From Blattamonas nauphoetae (taxonomy: Eukaryota): 49,087 nt of DNA. The notes below the pieces were generated by a model. It was not told the origin of the DNA. It saw nothing but the letters and a program-made list of their open reading frames with translations, and did not search any database. The translations under genes were made by a program, and so were the position numbers. Below, in pieces: positions 10,695 through 22,600 of this stretch. The stretch is from assembly GCA_033064195.1 (NCBI GenBank), contig JARBJD010000447.1:1-49087 (forward strand), given 5' to 3'. Position 1 is the stretch's first letter, and each line of letters opens with the position of its first letter.

Positions 10695-11288
10695 TCATGA
10701 CCTCTCGTGGTACTTTCTCAAGTGAGGACGGTCTCCAAAATACAACCAATTGTCTAGTCGAACGTAATACTCATTCTTTGTTCGTAAATCGCGATATTTG
10801 AATGGCTCAAGTACCTTTGTGTATGTTCCAATGAGTTCGCAATTCTCTTTTTTCAATACATTTTCAACAAATGATTGAGTGTAATGTTTTCGTTGACAAT
10901 TATGAGCTCGATATCCTTTCATCCATTTCGAGGGAATCACTTTCCATTCGATTCCTTCGTACCGGTATGTGACAAGTGAATCAGCATACTTGTATTCAGA
11001 AATGAGTTCACAATTTTCATTTTTCAATGATTCGAGAAACTTTTCTTTCGTGCAACAATTAGATGCTGAAAGATATCTCTGGCGATTCAGATGTGGTCTG
11101 TATCCTTTGACGAAATTATTGACATACGCTCGATAAATGTCATCTGGTTTATCTTCGTGCACGTATTCGAAAGTACTCGCCGTGAGATATGTTGTTCCTT
11201 GTCGATTGAGAGTTGGTGGTGATTTCAGAATCAATTTTTCTTTCTCCAAAATTTCCAGTAGTTGAGTTGGTGTCAAGACAGAGCTCAT
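10695..11288 (-). CDS. Viral-type repeat protein (CapR-homology/DUF723-like repeats), possibly DNA-binding
   Basis: Internal repeats FLESLKNENCELISEY..WMKGYRAH, FVENVLKKENCELIGTY..WLYFGDRPH and LLEILEKEKLIL..FVKGYRPH. The start MSSVLTP sits in T-rich...TAAAATG context on the minus strand. Confidence 0.55.
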   Translation of the reverse strand: MSSVLTPTQLLEILEKEKLILKSPPTLNRQGTTYLTASTFEYVHEDKPDDIYRAYVNNFVKGYRPHLNRQRYLSASNCCTKEKFLESLKNENCELISEYKYADSLVTYRYEGIEWKVIPSKWMKGYRAHNCQRKHYTQSFVENVLKKENCELIGTYTKVLEPFKYRDLRTKNEYYVRLDNWLYFGDRPHLRKYHERS

Positions 11289-13320
11289 TTTATCCAAATT
11301 AAAAAATTGAATAAAAAAAGAAATCGACTTTGTTTTCTGAAAGCACTCAAAATTTGCTTCAAAAAAGACGCTTCAAAAGAGGTCCAAATATTTGACATAT
11401 TTTTGGAATTTAGGTCAAATATTGACATCGTCAAAATGCATAAAAGACTTTTAGTTCAAGATTCAAAAGTGGGTCAATCGGAATTGAGATTTGACTTCTA
11501 TTTATCGATCGAGACCAACGTGGTTCTTAATTCTTCTCTATAACTACTATATTTACTTCATTATTGCTTGATATTACAACAATTCATGGATATTATACTC
11601 AATATTTCTTCATCTCTTCTTTCAATGCCATTATCGTGATTCATCTCATTTTTCAATGAATTGTTCACATTTTCCACAAAATTTTCTTGTTGGTGAGTAT
11701 AGAGGAAGTAATCGGAAAACATTTCATGACTATTGTACAAATTCTGGGCCTAGCCGAATAAAACCGGTTATTTATATTTTAGCTGGTTTTGTGGAGGGTC
11801 TACAGGGTATCTCATAAGTCTTGGATCTCGCGATTTGTGAGAGACCAACAAAGCTTCATGATTCATGGCGTTCGTTTTGTGTATCCTCTCTTCTTTTGTC
11901 ACCTTTCTGCAGATGAAAGGAACTGTGAGATGTCATTCATCCCTCTGTCCAACTCATGGCAAGGATCGTCAACAATCATTTATGATGTTGTGTCGTCCAG
12001 AATTGAAGTGAATAATTGTCAGAGGTCTGCTTCTTTCTCGCCAAAAGTGCTTTGTTCCATCCATTCTCAGAAACGTTGCACCTCGTCATCATCAACCAAA
12101 ATCAACGCACCTCTTTTCGAATCAGAACAGGTTCATCGATGACCAAATCGCTTTTTCCTCGCTTCGTTCTCCGAGAACTTTCACCCTCTCTGGTTTTGGG
12201 AAGTATAGAAGACTCAGAGTTGTCGAGTTTGATCACTTGATTCACAATCACCATTTTTTCAGCATCAGGACAATCATAATTCCTGGGATCCATTCAACCT
12301 GACGAAAATGTCTCACAAAGTCGGAAGCATTGTCTGGAATCATCAGGAAGTACTCTGAAGGATCTCTCACGAAATGACCAAACTTGACGTTCTGTCTCGC
12401 TGATGAATCGAGTTGATGAACTCCTCTCTCGTTGGATCAATTCAGTTTGCCTCTATCACTTGAATTTTGATTCATTTGTTTGTGATTTCTGCTCCAGACT
12501 TCAAGAACGAACCAATCTCCTCCAATGGGATCACTTCTTTCAAAATTAGGCATTGGTTGGGATATAATCCATCATAACGAAGTCATTCACAAAACACCAA
12601 GAAAAACTCAACCATTATCTTTGATGACACTGATTGTGCTGTCTGCGGCGTCTCTATTTTTCAACCACCTCCAAAACTGTCAGTTCTGGGAGTTTGTCCT
12701 TTTCATCCTCAATTTCCGGTTGTTGGAACCATTTTTCTCAACATTTCCATCTTGTGAATCCACATCCTTCCAAACCATCGAGATAACAATCCAACCATTT
12801 CGATCATTGTGAATCCTCTCATAGTCTTCCAAACAACCAAATTGCCGATTCTCGTCGGTACGTTGCTCATCTCTGAATGAAAAATCCGTTGTAGGACTAA
12901 GTCACGTATACTCTTCTGAATGGTTGTTGTGGACCGTGTCGCTTTTTTGTTCAACGTTGTTCTCACTTCTCTCTGCACCATTCCTCTTTACTTTGATTTT
13001 CACTATGAGAATCTGTCCAAGGATTGTGTGAATGAATGGATAATTCCTGAAACACATGATTGACAGAGATCTCGATGATTTCCAAGACTTATGGGATACC
13101 CTGTATAATTCTCAGAGGCGAGACTTGTTTCTTATCTTATGATTCCGAGGTCCATGTAATCTTTTCTGATGGTTGAATCGGACTGAGGAACTCACATTCA
13201 AAGAGATTGCGGTGATACTGGAAAAGACACCACTCACAGTCCGGCAAAGAAAGGGCCTTAGCTCCATCTGATCCTCTCTCACCTCTCGAATCAAGTCTCG
13301 AAGTATTTCCGGTCCGAGTC

Positions 13321-16300
13321 ATGATCCCTCTCTCGCTCGTTTTCTGCCTTTGTCAATCCATGTTCGCCGTCACATCCAGAACAACCTCTCCAACAAATCT
13401 TCAATCACTTCTGGGCACCATATCGAACACTACCTATCAAAAATCCAATGAAATTCAACTTGCCTCGATTCTAGAAGGAACATACATTGGAAATAACATT
13501 GAAATTAGGAGTATTTGTCTTGAATTATCGGGAGAAAGATCGAACAAAAGAAACTCGTCAGGAACTCACATTGTCCCGCAATCTCGGTCAGACAGCAACA
13601 GAAATGACGAAAAGCTCACCGTTCCCATTGGTGGGAATTGCATATTCTCATTGAGCAACTCAACATTATCTTTGGAATCACTCCACTTTTCCCTCGTCGC
13701 CAATTCTGACGAAGCAAGAAAGCATAAGCATATATTACGGACTTCAAGACTGGCTGTTGTTTCAGGCAGCATGCTGACAATGTCAGAAAGTGCAGTTGAC
13801 GTCTCGTCGTGGACAAGTGCAATTCTGATTTCTCCATCGAAATACGAGGAATCAACGAGTTCGTCGTCAGTTGTGGTGAACCAATGCTCGATCTCGAGTG
13901 ACAGTGACAAGTTGCGTGGTTTTGTGGAAACTTCAGCATTTCCAAATTGTGGAGGATGGTGTTCAGTCTCGATTATCGACTGTTCGTTCAACTCACAGGG
14001 AATTCTCGGAACAGACGGGATTGGCCTTTCACTGACACAAACACCTCGAAAAAGTGCGGAAGAGGTTGGAATGATCTCATCATCGCTGATTGGATGCTCG
14101 TTTGTGAACATGAGTTCAATTGGCTCTTCCCGCCAGCTCCAGCTGTCACATTTGTCCCAAAAGATGTTGGGATGTGTTGTGTCGCTGACAAGTTCGCATT
14201 TGTCAGGTTCGACGATTCGGGATGTGAACAATGGAGGGTCAGTTCTATGCTCGAATTCCTCCTTCTCCTCCCTCCTCTCCTCCCCCAACGCCAACCCATC
14301 ACCGTCCATCGTCCATCCTGATGACAATCCTCGTCAATTTTCTCCCTCCGACACGTTTATCATCGACAACACTTTTTCGTCGTCCACCATCGCGTCATTC
14401 TCGCACTGCCACTTCAAAAGCAACGGCACCCCAACTCCCACTCGCCCGCTCTTCTTCAAAGAATACCCGGGCACCATCGTCCTCCTCTCCTGCTCGTTCA
14501 CCAACACGGCCTGCAGCGATTACTATGCCGGCGCTGTGTACATCCTGTTCAACGTGGCACCCGTCAACAACCTCGTCGGAGTCACGTCGTGCAACTTCAC
14601 AGGCTGTGCAGCTGCATCACAAGCTGGAGGGATGTATTTGATTACAGGCACAGCCATCGTCACTGTCAGCGAATGCCGCTGCGTGGGATGTTCGCTCACT
14701 GATGAGAGGCAGACGGAATGTGGAGGGATGTTCATCCAGCTCCCCAAAACACCCGGATCGACCATCTCCGACTTGTATTTCGAAGACTGCACAAGCACAG
14801 AGGCTGCGGGAGGGCTGCATGTGGGGAATGTCCGAAGCACCCATCTCGTCACCTCACTCTCGTTCAAAGAATGCTCAGCGACCGCAGAAGACAACCCCGC
14901 CCGCGGTGGAGGGCTGTACCTCGTGTGTTCAGGATCAGAGACAGCTCATGTGTCTCTTTCTCACCTCCACTTCGAAGATTGCTCGGCTGTCGAACAAGGA
15001 GCCGGGTTGTTGATCGTTTCGTATTACCATTCTCTTTCTCTCGTCGACTGCGACTTCATCCGCTGCAAGATGACCCCCTCTGAGTTCTTCGGTGGACAGG
15101 GCGGTGGGATGGAAGTCTCATGTCTCCCGTCACATCTCGCAGTGACAGCGTGCCAGTTCATCGAGTGTTCAGCAAATTCGCGTGGTGGAGCGATTTATGG
15201 GGCGTCGAGTGGGTTTGAGATGACCGACTGTGTTGTCAAGAACTGCTCGTCGGGGTCGAACGGAGCAATTTACCTCACTCCACTTGACACCTCACTCATC
15301 ACTCTTTCGAATGTTCTCTTTGTCGGGAACACGGTGGACGACAATCCTTCATATTATGAAGGTGCCATCATCACGAAAGGCCCAATTCAGTTTGCAGACC
15401 TTCTGGTTGACGGGTGGTGGAGCAACGCCACAAACGATGTGTCAGTCAGCGGCTGTTGGACGACATCACCAAACAGTTTGGGAATGTTTGATTCCGAAAG
15501 GAATGCCACCACAGGCGTCCTCTACATCGCCCGAGTGGATCACCCTGCCTTCCTCAATGTCGGACCGTTCCTGACACAGAAAGTGGAAACGTCGCTTGAT
15601 GTGGATGAATGGAGGATCGATCTGATTGTGAGGGGGAAGATTCCTCTGAAATCACAGATTTATGAAGTGACGGTGAAAGCAGAGGGAGATCCTGAACTGT
15701 CAGGGCGACTGCAAATCGTTGATGGTGTTGGCTCACTTGTGCCATCGTTCAATATGAATATGAAATTCTCAACGACATACACGATCACTTCGATTGTGGG
15801 TGTCGTCCCATCGTCGTCTTCATCGACGATGATAAACGACATCTCTCTTTCTGCCGAAGCGTGGGCCTTCAACCTCGCTGCGACTCCCTCCCTCCTCGCC
15901 TTCACCACTCCCGTTCAGCCACCCACCCTTCTCGCATCGTCTGCCAACTTGACAGATGCAAGCCAACCCTTCGCTTTTCTCATCCTTGTGTTCGATCGAG
16001 AAGTGAGTGGGTCGTACGAGATTGTTGTGGAGGAGCGAGGGAAGAACGAGAGGATCACTGTGACGATGAACGGATCGTCGTTCGAAGGAGAGAGCAAGAC
16101 GATGCGCGTCGTGGGTGACGATCGAGTCCTAACACACGACACGACATACACAATCAAGTCGCTCTCTCCAACAGTCGGAAGTGAGACAGCGACGACTGTG
16201 TGGATGAACAAGACAGTCACATTTCACATCCCTCAATCTTCGTACTCGGCTGGCAATAAAGCCCTGTCGCCCAAAACGAAGGCGCTGCTGAGCTGGCTGA

Positions 16301-17295
16301 TTCCTGTGGTCGTGTCAGTTTGTGTGGCTCTTTTGGTTGCGATTGTTGTGATCGTGTTGCTCCGTCGACGACATCAGAAGTCGCAAGTTCCTGCGAAAGA
16401 GATGGAAGAGCCAGACCAAGTGCAAGTTGAAGACAAGATGGACATCGTCGAAAGTGGGTGCACGAATCAACTCGTACACTCCGACGGGATGAGTCACTCT
16501 GCATTCGGGTCGTCCAGCAATTACCTGCCGACAGTGGGCCACTTGCAAGATGGACTGAAATCTGAGACAGTAGCGGAGTGGGCAGAGGTGATGACGTGCG
16601 GCGGAGCGTTTGAAATCTCGGCAGCTCCAATCACGAACACGCTGTATTCGGTGTTGCACAAGGAACGGAGGGAGATTGAGAAGCGAGGAATTGGAATTCA
16701 GATTGTGAATGGATTGAAGCAGGTTGTGGCAACTCGAGGACGGAGTGATGTACTGACTCATCTTTCGTCTCACTGGATTCTGATTGACACAGCAGGGAAT
16801 GTTCAACTGAAGCTTCAAATGAACGCGTCAGAAGCAGAACAGGAAACAGCTCGAGCTCAAAGACAAGACCCTGCCGTTGCTGGAGAGGAGAAAGTACCAA
16901 ACCAAAATGGACTCCCCAGACTGATCAGAAACGAAGTGAAGGACAAGTCGGGAATGGAGGGTCTGCGATGGTGTCCCCCTGAAGTATCGACACTGAAGGG
17001 CGGGCAGGTGGATGGGCACAAAGCGTCAGTTTTTAGTCTTGGCCTGATCTTGTGGGAAATAGAGACTGGACAAGTGCCGTATGGAGAGCTGGATGCAGTG
17101 AATGCTCAGCGACAATCGGGAACAGGAATTGGACCGAAAGTGGACGCTCTGAAGAACGAACAGTTTGTGTCACTGATCCGTCGCTGTGTGTCGGTTGACC
17201 CGAACGAACGACCAACGCTGACAGAAATCGGAGAGTTCCTCTCGTCTCATCCAGATGACACAGTTGGTGAGTCTCGAAACGAGATGAAGGAATAA
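13321..17295 (+). CDS. Single-pass receptor-like protein: signal peptide, beta-helix (pectin-lyase-like) ectodomain, transmembrane segment, degenerate TKL-like pseudokinase C-lobe
   Basis: Hydrophobic N-terminus; repeated FxxC..GG(A/G)(I/L)Y motifs; transmembrane WLIPVVVSVCVALLVAIVVIVLL followed by RRR; kinase C-lobe motifs LRWCPPE, ASVFSLGLILWEIETGQVPY and DPNERPT. No recognisable HRD, DFG or VAIK. Confidence 0.8.
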   Translation: MIPLSLVFCLCQSMFAVTSRTTSPTNLQSLLGTISNTTYQKSNEIQLASILEGTYIGNNIEIRSICLELSGERSNKRNSSGTHIVPQSRSDSNRNDEKLTVPIGGNCIFSLSNSTLSLESLHFSLVANSDEARKHKHILRTSRLAVVSGSMLTMSESAVDVSSWTSAILISPSKYEESTSSSSVVVNQCSISSDSDKLRGFVETSAFPNCGGWCSVSIIDCSFNSQGILGTDGIGLSLTQTPRKSAEEVGMISSSLIGCSFVNMSSIGSSRQLQLSHLSQKMLGCVVSLTSSHLSGSTIRDVNNGGSVLCSNSSFSSLLSSPNANPSPSIVHPDDNPRQFSPSDTFIIDNTFSSSTIASFSHCHFKSNGTPTPTRPLFFKEYPGTIVLLSCSFTNTACSDYYAGAVYILFNVAPVNNLVGVTSCNFTGCAAASQAGGMYLITGTAIVTVSECRCVGCSLTDERQTECGGMFIQLPKTPGSTISDLYFEDCTSTEAAGGLHVGNVRSTHLVTSLSFKECSATAEDNPARGGGLYLVCSGSETAHVSLSHLHFEDCSAVEQGAGLLIVSYYHSLSLVDCDFIRCKMTPSEFFGGQGGGMEVSCLPSHLAVTACQFIECSANSRGGAIYGASSGFEMTDCVVKNCSSGSNGAIYLTPLDTSLITLSNVLFVGNTVDDNPSYYEGAIITKGPIQFADLLVDGWWSNATNDVSVSGCWTTSPNSLGMFDSERNATTGVLYIARVDHPAFLNVGPFLTQKVETSLDVDEWRIDLIVRGKIPLKSQIYEVTVKAEGDPELSGRLQIVDGVGSLVPSFNMNMKFSTTYTITSIVGVVPSSSSSTMINDISLSAEAWAFNLAATPSLLAFTTPVQPPTLLASSANLTDASQPFAFLILVFDREVSGSYEIVVEERGKNERITVTMNGSSFEGESKTMRVVGDDRVLTHDTTYTIKSLSPTVGSETATTVWMNKTVTFHIPQSSYSAGNKALSPKTKALLSWLIPVVVSVCVALLVAIVVIVLLRRRHQKSQVPAKEMEEPDQVQVEDKMDIVESGCTNQLVHSDGMSHSAFGSSSNYLPTVGHLQDGLKSETVAEWAEVMTCGGAFEISAAPITNTLYSVLHKERREIEKRGIGIQIVNGLKQVVATRGRSDVLTHLSSHWILIDTAGNVQLKLQMNASEAEQETARAQRQDPAVAGEEKVPNQNGLPRLIRNEVKDKSGMEGLRWCPPEVSTLKGGQVDGHKASVFSLGLILWEIETGQVPYGELDAVNAQRQSGTGIGPKVDALKNEQFVSLIRRCVSVDPNERPTLTEIGEFLSSHPDDTVGESRNEMKE

Positions 17296-18828
17296 GAATC
17301 GCGATTGTCAACTTCCATCTCACATTCCTCTCATCGTTGCTCCATCGCAATGCTCACACTGCACCCGTCATTTTCTGTTCATCGGATCAGTGGTCTTGGC
17401 CTTTTGCCATGCCACTTCAACCATTTCAACGCGTTCACGATTTGATCTCCTGTCATGTCAGGATTTGGTGAGCATCTGGAGAGTTGGAGGAAGATGTGGA
17501 GTTCGACGAGAACTCTCTCTTCTCCTTTCTCACTCGCACACTCTTTCTTCTTGTCTTCCTCCACATCAATCAATCTTTGGTTTCATGTCCGACCATCACT
17601 TTCATTTGTTCTTTCTTCGTTCTCCAACATTCTCTTTCTCTTTTGATGTCAGAGTTAATCGATCTGGATTGTGGGAAACCAATTTGCATTTCCTCTCTCA
17701 ACACAACCACTCTCTCCAATCTTTTCGGACTCTTTTTATTTCCCGACCGATATGTCATGCCTCACATCACACCCATCATCACACACTCCGCTTCCTGCTC
17801 TCCGCGAGGTTCTTCACATTTGAGTGAGGTCTCTGGATGAGATGTGGAAGCTTTCTTCTCGTCTGGAGTGACATGTGATACTTTTCTGCTGCATTCTGTG
17901 TTCATTTTCAGTTTCATTGTTCACTTCCTCACATCCCGTTACCATCATGGTCTGTTTTCAAAATAAAGTTAAGAAATAGAATAAGCGAGCTGTACCCCCA
18001 ATCAAGACGGTGTTCTTTCACTTTCTATTCCATCACAATCCGGTCTGACATTTTTGTGAACTAAGGGCATGATCTGAAGAACATTCGTTGATATTTCTTG
18101 ATTCATGATGATATCACCTCCAGTGTCACTGTTTCTGTTGTTCTGTTGCATCTTACATTGTGTTGAGAAACACTACCAAGATTTTGATCCAGTCTTTGAG
18201 AAGAAAGCTCACAAACAGCATTTCGCCTCAAACACAGAATTAGTCCATCTCTCATCTGATATTAGATTGTATTGGACGAATGGCATTGGTATTGTATCGA
18301 AATCGGTGAAAATGAACGAAATGGCAAAAAAACGAAAACACAATCCAACAGACAACAAAGCTCAGTCATCCTGAACGATGGATGATGGAGGTGCGGAATA
18401 GTTCGTTGAAGATGCGATCATTTGGACTGGACGCGGGAATTACTGGAACAACAATCTGTTTGGTTGTTCGGTCGTTAGTTGAGGTGATTGATAGCCAGAT
18501 CTTTTCAAACGTGGAATGTTGTGGATTTGTGCTTGCGGACTAAGTTGGAAGTGGATCGAGCCAGATTGTGATAGTTGGGAGCAGTCACAAATCATCGACA
18601 CAAAATGTGGTTCTTCCACTTGTTGGTCGAGGATAAGGACAACTGAACACGAACAATGAAGAATGGAAGAGAGATGAAGAGGGATTTCGTGATGGATGTG
18701 TTGAAAGGGAAGAGATTATCGGAGTTGGACTGTTGTTCGATTCGATGCACTTTGAACTTGGAACTGGCCCTCTTTTCTCGTTTGTTGGGAAATCGTTTTT
18801 GTCAGGGTAGGAGTTTGAGAAGATTGGG

Positions 18829-19322
18829 ATGGTTGGAGAGATTTCGACCGAATTGAGAACGAGCAGTCTTTTGAATGTTACGAGCAGTTTTGGAACTGTG
18901 AGCAGGAAGATTGTGGGAGTGGGGAGTTGTGTGTGGGAGAGAGTGGTTGGGAGCAGGATTTCTTTGAGCACGAACCACGACATGGGGACTGGACTGTGTG
19001 GGACTCGATTGGGGTTCAATGTTGTTTGTGTGAACAGTTCGTTCTCATCCTGTGTTCGCACCTCGAACGATGAAATCGACTTGAAACACGAAGACATCAC
19101 TCGAACCAACATCAAGCGAACAAATGTGAATCCATCATCGAAAATGACGTCCGTGAAGTTCTCTATCTGCACTTTCAGCGGCATGTGCGCATACGGCGGA
19201 TCTGGCACATATTTCGCGGGTGCAGCGATCTTTCTCATCCAATCAAAATCAACCCTGACTGTCAATCAGTGCTTCTTCCACAAATGCAGATGCTTGGCCA
19301 GTGACGAAAGTGGAGGAGCGAA
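18829..19322 (+). pseudogene. Fragment of another beta-helix surface-protein family gene
   Basis: Reads VVGSRISLSTNHDMGTGLCG..VVCVNSSFSSC..FSICTF..GAAIF..CFFHKC..GGA, similar to the ectodomain motifs of the neighbouring genes. Upstream frames are broken and the motif pattern stops at about 19320. Confidence 0.5.
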
Positions 19323-19643
19323 CCTCTGGAAGTTCCGGTGGGAATGTCTGACTGCTTCATCGATGAAAGTACATCGTCGGTGGTTGTCCGTCAGACGTGC
19401 GAGTTTGGACGACAAGAGTGATGAAGATGAGAAAGAAATCAAGACATGTTCCGAATCTTTAGATTCTCAGAATGGGCGATGACGTACTTGTGGTTCGATC
19501 GTCAAGAGAAACACAATTCAAGACTGATTCCGTTCGATGATATCACCGTTCAACGAAGGGGATCCTCAAAGAAAGGGCCTACAATCATTCAGTTCACTTT
19601 TTCATTTCGAGAATCTAGTCTCGACGTATCACTAAAACCAATC

Positions 19644-22600
19644 ATGATCCCTCTCTCGATCCTTCTCTACTTCTTGCAACCAATATTAACTGTCACTTCC
19701 CAAACAACGAATCCATCAAATCTCACATCACTTTTGGACACCATACAAACCATCGCAGATCCTCAATCGAATGAAATTCAAGTTACCTCGATTCCCGTAG
19801 GAACGTACATTGGAAATAACATCGAAATTAGGAGCAGGTGTCTTGCATTGTCGGGTGAACAGTCATACCAAAGTGCATCTCCAGGAACACACATTGTCCC
19901 GCAATCTGGGTCAAACAGCAGGAGAAATGAAGAAAAGTTGTCCATGCACACTGGTGAGAATTGCATATTCTCATTGACGAACTCAACGATGTCGATGAAA
20001 TCACTCCACTTTTCGCTTGTCTCCAATTCTGAAGACAGAAGACAACAGAAATACAACGCACGCCCAAAAAAGCTGGCAATTGTTTCAAGCAGCATCCTGA
20101 CAATATCTGAAAGCTTAATTGAAGTCTCGTCGGGAACGAGTCCGATTCTGATTTCACCATCGACATTCGAGGAATCAGCATCACAATCGTCAGTTGTGAT
20201 GAAGCAATGCTCGATCTCGAGTGAAAGTGGCCAGTTGCATGGTTTTGTGGAAACACCAGTATTTCCAGATTTTGGAGCAACACGATCAATCTCGATTGTT
20301 GCATGCTCGTTCAACTCGCAGGAAGTTCTGGGAACAGACGGGATTGGCCTCTCTCTGACACAAACAGCTCGAAAAAGTGCAGAAGACGTGGGAATAATCT
20401 CGTCATCGCTGATTGGTTGCTCGTTTGTGAACATGAGTTCGATTGACTCTTCACGCCAGCCACAGCTGTCGCATATGTCCCAAAAGATGTTGGGATGTGT
20501 TGTGTCGCTGACAAGTTCGCATCTGTCAGGATCGACGATTCGAGATGTGAACAATGGAGGCTCCGTTTTATGCTCGAATTCCTCCTTCTCCTCCCTCCTC
20601 CCCTCCCCCAACACCGACCTGTCCATCACTTACCCCAATGGCACTTCCACTCATTTTGATGATGATGGCACCGACTATTACTTCGACAGCTGCAGCGGGG
20701 ATGAATACACATTCGCCTCCTTCTCGCACTGCCACTTCACTGGCACCCACTATGGATTCGGTGCTCGCCCTCTCACTTTCATGGAGTACCCAGGAACCGT
20801 CTCCATCCTCTCCTGCTCCTTCACCAGCATTCTTTTCGATCACTCCTTCGGCCAAGGAGCAGCTGTGTATGTCATCCTCAGTACACCGTTCAACCGCTTG
20901 CGGTTCACAGCAGTCTCGTCGAACTTCACGTCCTGCTCGGCAGGGGTTTCAGGTGGAGCGCTGGCCCTCCTCGTTTTGGACGACAATCTCGTCGATTCGT
21001 GCCTCTTCTAAGGCTGCTCAGCGGCTGAGTATTCCTGGTCTTACGGCGGGGCGCTCGGTGTTTCTGCGTACAACAACGGCGACTCCCTCAAACAGCTGAG
21101 ATTGGTTGGTTGGGTCATTGCCGACTGGTTCACGCTGGGAAGTGGAGGTGGCGTGGATCTCTCTGGGTGCATCGATCTTTCAGTTGTCGACACGTTATTT
21201 GAACACTGTGAGGTCACCAATGATCAGACAACCTCGCGTGGAGGAGGAATTAGCGTGAGACTGCTGAATGAGCTGACAGTGGCGAGATGTTCCTTCGTCG
21301 AATGCTCGTCCGGTGGCGGAGGAAGTGCAGTTCACTTCGTGCATAACAGCCGCATCAGCATCTCCGACTCTCTCGTTCAGAACTGCTCCTCAGGAGCGAC
21401 TGGTGCGATCTGCATCTGCAGCCCTGGCGATTATGCGCCTCTTTCGTTGTCCCGTGTGTACTTTGTCTTGACTCCTCTTCGTTACCCACCCTCCTGATTG
21501 ACGAATGTTTCACGCACATCATTCCTGACTCAAGTGGAATGATTATCAAAGGAGATGAACTTGAGTCAGATCTGTACGACTCTGTGCGATGTCAACATGC
21601 CGAGTTCAACAATATTGGTCCAGTGCTGACAGCGAAGCCAACAGGGAGAGTGAACAGGGAGACAGGAAAGATTGAGTTGGAGATGAAGGCGATAACACCT
21701 CCGACATCGCAGGAATTTGAAGTGACAATGAAAGAGGATGGGAATGAAACAGATACAGTCTTGAGAATGTTGTTCTCGGAAGGGACAGGGACTCTAATCT
21801 TTGAGTCAGAAGCCAGTCAGAAGTACAACACAGCTTACACCATCACAAAGATTGTGGGAGTTGTTCCTGACTCTTCTTCTTATCGGATGCCAAATGGCGT
21901 CACAGTGCCTGCCATAGCGTGGCCGTTCAACCTCGCCGTGAATTCTGATTTCCTCACATTCACCACACCAAAACAACCCTCCACTCTTCTCTCAGCCATT
22001 TCCAACATCATTTCAGACGACTCGAAGTGTGCACATGTGATCCTCATCTTTAACAAAGAAGTGTATGGATCGTTCGACGTTGTTGTGGAGGAAGATGGGA
22101 AGGACGTGATGTTGACAGTGCCGATCTTGACGGAAGCTCTGGCTGGGGAAAGTGGGAAGTTCGTCATTGTTGGAAGCGATCGTCTCCTCACACATGACAC
22201 GACATACACAATCAAATCGATTGAACCAACACCAGGAACAGACACCCTGTTTGTGTTCATGAATCGCTCGATCACATTCCACATCCCGAAATCGTTGTAC
22301 GTACCTCCGGAAGAGCCGGAACCTGAAGATCCGGAAGATCCGAAGAAAGCCATGTCACCCGAAACGAAGAAACTTCTGAGCTGGCTGATTCCTCTGGTTG
22401 CTTGTCTGCTGATTGCACTCCTCCTCGCCGTCGTTCTCATCGTTCTCCTCCGTCGACGACTGCAGAAGAAAGCTCAGTTTGAACAGAAAGAGATGGAAGC
22501 GCAGGAGACGTTGTAAGTTGAGAAAGTGGAGGAGTTTGGGATTGATTGTTCGAATGGAGTGATTCGGACAGATGACAATGATTGATCACCGTTGAATTTG

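Larger units (their letters stand above)
1..11548. mobile_element. Right-hand part of an endogenous Polinton/Maverick-like virus (left part lies outside the window)
   Basis: AT-richer than the flanking host DNA. Compact, apparently intronless, co-oriented genes share a T-rich/TAAATG upstream motif. Contains capsid-like paralogs, an S74 fibre and a CapR-like protein. A candidate terminus ...TATAACTACT (reverse complement AGTAGT, a Polinton-type end) lies at 11543-11548; the boundary is inferred. Confidence 0.7.

Noticed and set aside
11789..13322. Short ORFs between the virus and the receptor gene, plus the many antisense or overlapping ORFs in the track
   Set aside because: They are fragmentary or shadows of longer genes, with no recognisable motifs.
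21009..22516. In-frame TAA codons suggesting a TAA/TAG=Gln genetic code as in Streblomastix
   Set aside because: The same gene also has frameshifts, a TGA and a MITE. Intact genes here end in TAA or TAG at homologous C-termini, and long ORFs lack internal TAR codons.
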